Below, piece by piece: positions 57,431 to 64,000 of a stretch of DNA of 64,000 bases; the stretch's first letter is position 1, and every line of letters starts with the position of its first letter. The notes beneath the pieces are model-generated. The model searched no databases. It was not told the DNA's origin and saw only the letters and a program-made list of their open reading frames with translations. Origin of the DNA: Paludibacteraceae bacterium. GTDB taxonomy: Bacteria; Bacteroidota; Bacteroidia; Bacteroidales; Paludibacteraceae. Made by a program: the position numbers and the translations under genes. The stretch is taken from contig JAZRZA010000045.1 in the NCBI GenBank assembly GCA_045601045.1, positions 43,415-107,414 on the forward strand. The letters are read 5' to 3'.

Positions 57431-58333
57431 ATGAATTTTAAAGTCAGCAAAGAGCTACAAATTGGTATTTGGGTGATTGTCACATTGGCGGTGACCTATT
57501 TTGGATGGAATTATTTAAGGGGTATCAATATTTTTAATCCCACGAATTATTACTATTTGAAATTAAGCCATATCAATGGATTGGTGGAGACCAATGATGT
57601 GAAGGTGAAGGGTTATAAAATTGGTTTGGTCCAACGTATTATTTATGACTACGAAGATCCCAATGCTGATGTGATTGTCGTTCTTCAAGTGGATGATGAT
57701 TTGAAGATTCCAGTCGGTTCCAAGGCCGCTTTGGTTTCCGCGTTGATCGGCTCTCCATCCGTAGAGATCAGACTCGACCCTACGAATCGCGAATATTACC
57801 AACGAGGAGATACCATTCCTGCTTACGTGGATGATGGATTGATGGATTCCTTGACGGAGGAGATCATGCCTCGTATCCAGACTATTATCCCTCAATTGGA
57901 TTCTTTGATCGTCTCTTTGAATGCCATCGCGGAAAATAAGACCATCGAGAACTCATTGGAGAATATCAACGCCATTACAAAGAACTTGAACAAGGCCTCT
58001 GTGGGACTCAATCGTATTGTGGATAAAGATGTTCCTGAATTGTGCCAAAACTTTAATGGGGTGATGGGTAATTTGAACAAGGTGAGCACCAATTTAAGTG
58101 GCGTTGATTTCCGTGCCACAATCGGTAATCTGAATAAAACACTTGATGGTGTCCGTGGTATTACGGATAAGTTGAATAGCGGTCAAGGAACCCTTGGTTT
58201 GCTCTTGACAGACAAGGCTTTGTATAACAATTTGAATACTACGGTGAATAGCGCGAATGGGTTGGTTGTAGATATCAGAGAACATCCAAAACGCTATATA
58301 AACGTTAGTGTCTTCGGAAAAAAAGGCGAGTAA
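57431..58333 (+). CDS. MlaD/MCE-domain protein
   Basis: 300 aa. N-terminal TM segment. MCE domain GLVETNDVKVKGYKIGLV..I, followed by a helical C-terminal region with repeated LN...N..L heptads. Confidence 0.8.
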   Translation: MNFKVSKELQIGIWVIVTLAVTYFGWNYLRGINIFNPTNYYYLKLSHINGLVETNDVKVKGYKIGLVQRIIYDYEDPNADVIVVLQVDDDLKIPVGSKAALVSALIGSPSVEIRLDPTNREYYQRGDTIPAYVDDGLMDSLTEEIMPRIQTIIPQLDSLIVSLNAIAENKTIENSLENINAITKNLNKASVGLNRIVDKDVPELCQNFNGVMGNLNKVSTNLSGVDFRATIGNLNKTLDGVRGITDKLNSGQGTLGLLLTDKALYNNLNTTVNSANGLVVDIREHPKRYINVSVFGKKGE

Positions 58334-58361
58334 TTTGATCGTTTTTTTTAATAACCTAAAT

Positions 58362-58406
58362 ATGAGTGCTTTAATTGTTGAAAACTTTTGTAAAGCACTC
58401 ATTTTT
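58362..58406 (+). terminator. rho-independent terminator after the mlaD-like gene
   Basis: Perfect 12-bp stem ATGAGTGCTTTA-N17-TAAAGCACTCAT followed by TTTT. Confidence 0.75.
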
Positions 58407-58420
58407 AGCGTTTTATAGTA

Positions 58421-58428
58421 TACTTTTG
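58421..58428 (+). promoter_or_regulatory. candidate -7 element (TActTTTG) upstream of dnaA
   Basis: Exact TAnnTTTG match in the AT-rich dnaA leader region. It is ~160 nt upstream of the ATG, so a long 5' UTR would be implied. Confidence 0.3.
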
Positions 58429-58589
58429 AAAAACAGACATTTACGATTTTTTTTATTTCGCAAACAAAAAACAGTTTTTTTTTTGAAAAAATAAACCAAA
58501 ATTTGTAGTGCAAATTGAAAAGATAAGTAAACGGTAAGACAAAGCGTGTATATGGGCTTTGTTGACAAAATTATGAACGAGTAATTACA

Positions 58590-59978
58590 ATGGAAGAGAA
58601 AGATCATGTTCGATTGTGGAACGAATGTCTGATGATTATAAAGGACAATATTCCTTCTACGGCTTTTGAATGCTGGTTTAAGCCAATCATTCCTGAAAAG
58701 TGGGAGAATAAGATGTTGACTATTACAGTTCCCAGTCACTTTTATGCGGAATACTTGGACGAGCACTATTGTGACCTGTTGAAGAACACCTTTACCCGTG
58801 TAATGGGTGCTGATTCAAAGTTGTCATATAGTATTATCCAGGAGAGAGCCACTAATTCCAAGGTGGAATGCAAGAGTGGTTATGTGATTCCAGTTAAGGA
58901 GACTTCGGACATTGATAACTACAATCCATTCCCTGACCATTCTCAAAGAAGAAGAATCGATCCACAACTCAATCCTCACTATACATTTGATACTTTTGTG
59001 GAGGGAAAGTGCAATAAGTTGGCACGTTCCGCAGGTTTGAAGATCGCTGAGAATCCGGGAAAGAATACCTTCAATCCAATTTTCATATACGGTGGCTCCG
59101 GTTTAGGTAAGACCCACTTGGCGCAGGCTATAGGTTGGGCTACTCTTGAGAAACATCCGGAAATGAAGGTGCTTTACATCGATTCCAACCGATTCCAATC
59201 TCAATACACCAACGCGCACCTTCGCAATAAGGTGAATGATTTCATCGCATTCTATCAAATGGTAGATTTGTTGATCGTGGATGATATCCAATTCTTTGCG
59301 GGTAAAACCGGAACGCAAAATGTGTTTTTCCAGATCTTTAATCATTTGCAATTGAATGGAAAGCAGATCATTTTGATCGCTGATCAATCTCCTAAGTTGT
59401 TGCAAGGATTGGATGATCGTATGTTGACCCGATTCCGTTGGGGATTGAATGCGGAGATTGAATTGCCAAGTCCGGAGACAAGAAAGGCGATTTTGAAATC
59501 GAAGGTCTTGACCGATGGCTTGACTATCCCAGAGAATGTGCTTGATTATATTGCGGATCATGTTTCTGATAGTGTCCGTGAGTTGGAGGGTGTGATCAAC
59601 TCTTTGTTGGCGCAATCCACATTGACAGATACGGAAATCAATTTGGAGTTGGTTCGCAAGGTGGTTAGTTCTTTGGTGGTGGCTCCGGAACGTACAGTGA
59701 CGGTTGCTTCTATCCAAGAGGCGGTGTGTGGCTATTATCAATTGGAGCCTCACATGTTGCAGTCCAACTCCCGTAAGCGTGAGGTGGTGCAAGCAAGACA
59801 AATCGCCATGTACCTTTCTCGTAAATATACGAAAGTGTCTTTGTCCAGCATCGGCGAGCAAATAGGAAATCGTGATCATGCCACTGTGCTTTATGCGGTG
59901 AAGTCTATCCAAAATTTGGTCGAGGTAGACAAGGAGGTGCAGTACAGTGTCGAGGCGATTGAGGCGACATTGAAATAG
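58590..59978 (+). CDS. dnaA: chromosomal replication initiator protein DnaA
   Basis: 462 aa. N-terminal W..CL..I, AAA+ motifs NPIFIYGGSGLGKTHL, LLIVDDIQF and sensor R. The C-terminal DNA-binding domain has R.IAMYL.R..T..SL..IG...G.RDH.TVLYA. Confidence 0.97.
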   Translation: MEEKDHVRLWNECLMIIKDNIPSTAFECWFKPIIPEKWENKMLTITVPSHFYAEYLDEHYCDLLKNTFTRVMGADSKLSYSIIQERATNSKVECKSGYVIPVKETSDIDNYNPFPDHSQRRRIDPQLNPHYTFDTFVEGKCNKLARSAGLKIAENPGKNTFNPIFIYGGSGLGKTHLAQAIGWATLEKHPEMKVLYIDSNRFQSQYTNAHLRNKVNDFIAFYQMVDLLIVDDIQFFAGKTGTQNVFFQIFNHLQLNGKQIILIADQSPKLLQGLDDRMLTRFRWGLNAEIELPSPETRKAILKSKVLTDGLTIPENVLDYIADHVSDSVRELEGVINSLLAQSTLTDTEINLELVRKVVSSLVVAPERTVTVASIQEAVCGYYQLEPHMLQSNSRKREVVQARQIAMYLSRKYTKVSLSSIGEQIGNRDHATVLYAVKSIQNLVEVDKEVQYSVEAIEATLK

Positions 59979-60071
59979 TAGGGGTAATCCCTAAAAAATA
60001 AATTCTGATGAAAGAGTGACAATGTATGTTGAATAAACGTATTTTTGTCGAAAAATTAATATTAAGAGGAT

Positions 60072-60629
60072 ATGGTTTATAAATTTGTCCTTGCGTCCGA
60101 TGAAGTGGACGATTTCATGAGAGAGATTCACATTGATTCAGATGCGACTTTTTTGGAGCTTAACGATGCCATTTTGGCAAGTGTTGGGTATGCGAAAGAT
60201 CAGATGACCTCTTTCTTGGTCTGCAATGATGATTGGGAGGCTGAGCAGGAGATTACGTTGATGGAGATGGATACCGCATCAGATGTCGATAGTTACGTGA
60301 TGGATAGCGTAAGAATCGAAGAGTTCGCTTCGGAAGAGGGTCAAAAACTCCGTTTTGTTTTTGACGTGTTGAATGAGCGCTCCTTCTTTATGGAATTGAA
60401 GGAGGTCAAGACTCGTGAGACTTTGTTGGCACCTGTATGCAAGCGTTCAAAAGGAGAGGCTCCTCAACAAATCTTCGATGAACTTTTCTTGGATGTGCCT
60501 GCCGTGAAGTCCTCTGTTGGTTTAGACGAGGATGAATTGAGCGAATTCGAGGGATTCGATCAGTTCAACGAGGATGAATTAGACGAATCTTTCGGGTACG
60601 ACGACGAATTCTCTGGCGGCAGTTTATAA
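60072..60629 (+). CDS. acidic hypothetical protein (possible pRiA4b-ORF3/MM3350-like fold)
   Basis: 185 aa. The N-terminal VYKFVLASDEVDDFMREIHIDSDATFLELNDAILASVGY...Q..SF follows the Y.F.....DF.R.I.I....T...L...I....G pattern I associate with that fold. The C-terminal 50 aa are strongly D/E-rich. Confidence 0.35.
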   Translation: MVYKFVLASDEVDDFMREIHIDSDATFLELNDAILASVGYAKDQMTSFLVCNDDWEAEQEITLMEMDTASDVDSYVMDSVRIEEFASEEGQKLRFVFDVLNERSFFMELKEVKTRETLLAPVCKRSKGEAPQQIFDELFLDVPAVKSSVGLDEDELSEFEGFDQFNEDELDESFGYDDEFSGGSL

Positions 60630-60770
60630 TTGTTTGCTTGTTTTGTTTGCACTTTCATCCTATTTTTCTAGGTGTTTGTTTGATTTTTGTATAAATGTTT
60701 TCTCGGTTTCCAATAATATTCTTATTTTTGAAATCGAATTAATACCATTAAATATTTAAATTTGTTGCGT

Positions 60771-61175
60771 ATGAATAAGTGTTTTTTGGCGTTGGTGACA
60801 GTTCTGTTGTTTTCTTTAGTTATTCCTGCGAACGCGCAGAAAAAAGTGAATGGCAAAGCAGTGACTGAGATTAAGGAATGGCGCATGGAGGGTGGAAAGA
60901 AGAAAATCGATCACATCACTAAATATGACGCCGCTACTGGCAACAAGACCGAGGAGGTTGAATACTCTAAGGTGGGCGACCAAAAATCTCGTGTCACTTA
61001 CAGTTACAACGAAAAGGGTAAATGTCTCGAAGAGAAGCATTATGACGAGTACAACAAGTTGGAGAAGGTTGTTCAGTATCAATACAATGAGTTTGGCAAG
61101 AAACAATCTGTCCGCACGCTTCTTCCTAACGGAAAGTTGAAGAGTGAAAAAGTGTACGAGTATATTACAGAATAA
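60771..61175 (+). CDS. small secreted YD-like beta-hairpin repeat protein
   Basis: Signal peptide MNKCFLALVTVLLFSLVIPANA. Repeats: KYDAATGNKTEEVEY, TYSYNEKGKCLEEKHY, QYQYNEFGKKQSV, LPNGKLKSEKVYEY. Similar repeat type to the protein at 41095-42228. Confidence 0.6.
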   Translation: MNKCFLALVTVLLFSLVIPANAQKKVNGKAVTEIKEWRMEGGKKKIDHITKYDAATGNKTEEVEYSKVGDQKSRVTYSYNEKGKCLEEKHYDEYNKLEKVVQYQYNEFGKKQSVRTLLPNGKLKSEKVYEYITE

Positions 61176-61181
61176 CACAAA

Positions 61182-62003
61182 ATGGAGAGTATCAACCATA
61201 CGAATTCTATTGTTTCAACCCCTGCTGCCGTCCAGTTTGATGGACCAGATGGATTGTTGAATCAGATAGACTCAAAGTTATCGGCTCTTGATCCTATCAC
61301 TTTGGAGGAGATGAGTGGCATACGATTGATGAATCGTATTGACACTAAATTCTTAGTCAATGTGGAGAAGCTTCCTGCTCTATTGGAGATGGCGAAGGCG
61401 GATTATTATGTTCAACAGATCGGTGATTTGAGAAAGGCTTTTTACCGCACCCTCTATTATGATACGCCTGCAGCTACGATGTATGTGGTTCATCAGGCGG
61501 GAAAATTAAATAGACAAAAGATCCGTGTGCGCGAATATGTGGAGTCCAATTTGATGTTCTTGGAGGTGAAAACTAAGAACAACAAGGGTAGAACTTCTAA
61601 AAAACGTATTACCATCACGGATGAGAATGTCTTACAAAATCAGGAGGCGGTGGCTTTTTTGGATGAGAAGTCGAAGTTCAAGATGAATGAGATCGATTTC
61701 CGATTGCGAAATAATTTCTATCGTATTACCTTAGTTAATAAGGAAAAATCGGAGCGATTGACCATCGATTTCAAAATTAATTTTGAAAATTGTGTGACTG
61801 GAATAAAAAATACCATCCCGAAGCTCTGCATTGTGGAGGTGAAGCAAGATGGTAATGCCCATTCCCACTTCAAGGATTATTTGAATTCATTCCGTTTGAA
61901 GAAACGCAGTATCAGTAAGTATTGTTTGGGAATGATTCTGACGGATCCTGATTTGAAATACAATCGTTTTAAAGAGAAATTACGCTACATCGACAAACTC
62001 TGA
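61182..62003 (+). CDS. VTC-domain (polyphosphate-polymerase-like, triphosphate-tunnel fold) protein
   Basis: 273 aa and soluble. Charged-alternating strand motifs NRIDTKFLV, YRTLYYDT, KIRVREYV, FLEVKTK and CIVEVKQ are consistent with CYTH/VTC tunnel strands. The family assignment comes from pattern memory and was not searched. Confidence 0.65.
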   Translation: MESINHTNSIVSTPAAVQFDGPDGLLNQIDSKLSALDPITLEEMSGIRLMNRIDTKFLVNVEKLPALLEMAKADYYVQQIGDLRKAFYRTLYYDTPAATMYVVHQAGKLNRQKIRVREYVESNLMFLEVKTKNNKGRTSKKRITITDENVLQNQEAVAFLDEKSKFKMNEIDFRLRNNFYRITLVNKEKSERLTIDFKINFENCVTGIKNTIPKLCIVEVKQDGNAHSHFKDYLNSFRLKKRSISKYCLGMILTDPDLKYNRFKEKLRYIDKL

Positions 62004-62062
62004 TAAGAAGCGGGTTGGCGTTGGGTTTTATTGTGAAATAATAATTTATAAAATAAATATTT

Positions 62063-62743
62063 ATGGCACTTTTAGCAAATATTAGTGATTATGGAATTTT
62101 CGGAATTCCATTTGTGAATATGGAGGGCTGGTGCGAACTTTTGGTCCGTTTCGGATTGAATGTTTTAGTCACTTCATTAATTATCGTATGGTTGTATTAT
62201 GGAAAGTCCAAGAGACGTGATTATGTTTTCACTTTCACATTGATCAGTACAACTGTATTTCTTTTGATCTTCCTTTTGGGAAGCGAAAAGTTACAGATCG
62301 GTTTGGCGTTGGGTCTATTCGCCATCTTTGGTATTATCCGTTATAGGACGGATACTGTGCCTATCCGTGAGATGACCTATTTGTTCCTTATCATTGGACT
62401 TTCGGTTATCAATGCCTTGGCGGTCAGTGTAAGTTACATCGAGCTTTTCACCACCAATTTCTTCTTTGTCTTCATGACATGGCTAATGGAGCAGACACGT
62501 ATCGTTTCCAAGAGCGCATGCAAGTTGATCAAGTATGAGAAGATCAATCTCATCACCCCTGAGAAATATGATGAGATGGTGGAAGATATCAAGCAGCGCA
62601 CTGGTTTGAATGTTACTAAGTGTGAGGTAGGTTATATCGATTTCTTGAAGGATACAGCCTTGATCAAGGTATATTACGAATCTTCCAACAAGGAGATCAA
62701 TACGGTTGATCAAATCACAAGGGCAAAGGATTTTAATGGATAA
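62063..62743 (+). CDS. DUF4956-like inner-membrane protein (usual partner of bacterial VTC-domain proteins)
   Basis: 226 aa. 4-5 TM segments in the first ~140 aa (including GLALGLFAIFGIIRYRT), then a soluble charged C-terminal domain. Confidence 0.6.
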   Translation: MALLANISDYGIFGIPFVNMEGWCELLVRFGLNVLVTSLIIVWLYYGKSKRRDYVFTFTLISTTVFLLIFLLGSEKLQIGLALGLFAIFGIIRYRTDTVPIREMTYLFLIIGLSVINALAVSVSYIELFTTNFFFVFMTWLMEQTRIVSKSACKLIKYEKINLITPEKYDEMVEDIKQRTGLNVTKCEVGYIDFLKDTALIKVYYESSNKEINTVDQITRAKDFNG

Positions 62744-63440
62744 TTCTGTTTTGAAAAAGTTTGTTTTTCATAAAATAGTCTTGTTTGTCGCTTCTTTCTT
62801 ATGCGCGTTTAGCGCATGGGCGGGGGGAGACAGACAAGACTTCACATCTTCTTTGGACTTTACGGTTTCAAAGAGATTCTTTAAACGCTTGGATTTGGGA
62901 CTTACCGAGTCTCTCTCGTTAAAGAACAATTCCACATCCATTGATAAGATCTCCACTAAGGCGGATATCTCTTACAATGTGGTGAAAGGAGTTTTCAAAG
63001 TCGGTGTGGACTACAGCATCGCGGGTAAGGCGAACAAGGCTGAGGATTTGTATCTCAACCACCGCTTCTCCGGTTATGCCCGACTGAAGAAGGATGTCTC
63101 ACGCTTCACTTTTGGATTGAAGACGAAGTACCAAGTTACGTATCGTCCCGAGAAGGAGCCTGCCAAGGAATTTAAACACTATTGGAGAAATAAGGCATAT
63201 TTCACCGCCAAGTTGCCCAAGGTGGCACTCTATCCGCTTGCTTCTGCGGAGTGTTTTTTGCGTACCAACAATTACAAGGGCAATAATACCATCGAGAAGA
63301 TGCGGTACGAGGCTGGTTTGAAATATGAGTTTAATAAACATAATGCTTTACAGGCGAAGTTCAGATACGATGATGCCATGCATGTAGTGGATCCGTTGGA
63401 TCGATTCGGCGTTGTTGTCTCTTATATGTTAAGTTTGTAA
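62736..63440 (+). CDS. predicted outer-membrane beta-barrel protein (DUF2490-like)
   Basis: The ATG at 62736 overlaps the upstream stop by 8 nt. Signal peptide FVASFLCAFSAWA. Amphipathic strands alternate throughout (DISYNVV, FKVGVDYSI, FSGYARL, FTFGLKTKYQVTY, YEAGLKYEF, LQAKFRYD, FGVVVSYMLSL). Confidence 0.55.
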   Translation: MDNSVLKKFVFHKIVLFVASFLCAFSAWAGGDRQDFTSSLDFTVSKRFFKRLDLGLTESLSLKNNSTSIDKISTKADISYNVVKGVFKVGVDYSIAGKANKAEDLYLNHRFSGYARLKKDVSRFTFGLKTKYQVTYRPEKEPAKEFKHYWRNKAYFTAKLPKVALYPLASAECFLRTNNYKGNNTIEKMRYEAGLKYEFNKHNALQAKFRYDDAMHVVDPLDRFGVVVSYMLSL

Positions 63441-63452
63441 AAAAGATTGATT

Positions 63453-64000
63453 ATGGTTGAAAACGATAGGGATGTTCCCGTCAGTAGACGGAGACTGTTG
63501 AAGATCGGTCTTTGGTTCTCGCTCTTTAACGCGCTCTTTGTCTTGCTGATTTCCGTGAAGTATCATGTGCTTATTCCTATTTCGATTTGGAGTGAGCACC
63601 CTTTTTATATATGTGCCTATATTCTGACACATTTCTTATTCATAACCTTTCTGCCTCTTTTCTTCTGCTATCTGCCGGTAACGATATTAGCCCGCAGCAA
63701 AAGAGCCAATATGATCTGTTCGGCGGTGGTCTCCACCATCTGCCTTCTGTTGCTCACGATAGATGCCTATGTCTTCTCGCTTTATCGTTTCCATCTCAAT
63801 TATTATGTGATTGAGCAGGTATTCGCGCCGGGAGCCACACAGGTCTTTGAGTTTACCTTCGCACAGTATATTTTGGTGTTCGGTGTCTTAGCGCTGCTCA
63901 TGGCGTTGGAGATTGGTCTCTTTAAGTTGGCTGATAAGATAGTCGATAAGATTCCTGATTGGGTGATCTTCGGTTTCGCTTTCGGATTCACCTTCTTGCT
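63453..64000 (+). CDS. YejM/PbgA-like (DUF3413 N-domain, alkaline-phosphatase/sulfatase superfamily) membrane protein; 3' end lies outside the window
   Basis: I translated the frame by hand from ATG 63453 to the window end and found no stop (182 codons). The N-terminus RRRLLKIGLWFSLFNALFVLLISVKY recalls the WFALFN motif of E. coli YejM (from memory). At least 4 TM segments. It is absent from the supplied ORF track because it has no stop in the window. Confidence 0.6.
   Translation, partial: MVENDRDVPVSRRRLLKIGLWFSLFNALFVLLISVKYHVLIPISIWSEHPFYICAYILTHFLFITFLPLFFCYLPVTILARSKRANMICSAVVSTICLLLLTIDAYVFSLYRFHLNYYVIEQVFAPGATQVFEFTFAQYILVFGVLALLMALEIGLFKLADKIVDKIPDWVIFGFAFGFTFL

Noticed and set aside
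59103-59912. Long antisense ORFs inside well-supported genes. They are 269 aa opposite dnaA, 282 aa opposite glgP (49127-49975), 273 and 275 aa opposite the adhesin (17647-18468 and 19204-20031), 217 aa opposite manA, and 203 aa opposite the PorP gene.
   Set aside because: All lie in the codon-complementary frame of strongly supported genes. They are R/L/H/Q/I-rich with no signal peptides or motifs, and they lack plausible upstream promoter or RBS context. This is typical of shadow ORFs produced by RNY codon periodicity.

Overview
This is a 64-kb chromosomal segment that looks like Bacteroidota (Bacteroidia-like). The evidence for that placement is type A and type B T9SS C-terminal sorting domains, a PorP/SprF gene, a GldB-like lipoprotein, a GT3 'eukaryotic-type' glycogen synthase, many Cys-lipobox lipoproteins, and TAnnTTTG -7 promoter motifs. 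The window is densely coding, with about 50 CDS and one tRNA-Asn. I saw no rRNA, CRISPR array, transposase, integrase or phage genes.

Housekeeping genes are prs, lysS, gpsA, pgi, manA, miaA, dnaA, an ABC-F ATPase, a glycogen phosphorylase/synthase pair, an LptD-like protein, an amidase and MlaD. Between them sit several envelope or accessory modules:
1. A small T9SS-CTD protein translationally coupled to a 611-aa beta-helix protein (5.9-8.2 kb).
2. An orphan vsr (8.2-8.8 kb).
3. A 1542-aa type-B T9SS adhesin with 12 tandem two-Cys Ig-like repeats, followed by its PorP/SprF partner (17.5-23.1 kb).
4. An 11-gene Wza/Wzc/Wzx/Wzy capsule or EPS locus (28.4-41.1 kb). It contains a sharply GC-richer four-gene glycosyltransferase block, and its Wzc ends in a perfect (YG)8 tail.
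5. A trio of secreted repeat proteins (41.1-43.9 kb).
6. A tightly packed five-gene operon (60.8-64.0 kb) encoding a repeat protein, a VTC-like protein, a DUF4956-like protein, a beta-barrel and a YejM-like protein.

The last operon is my best candidate for an uncharacterised envelope system. All calls come from reading the translated ORFs and the DNA by eye. No homology search was run. Start codons are often uncertain, and family assignments based on remembered motifs are flagged as such.
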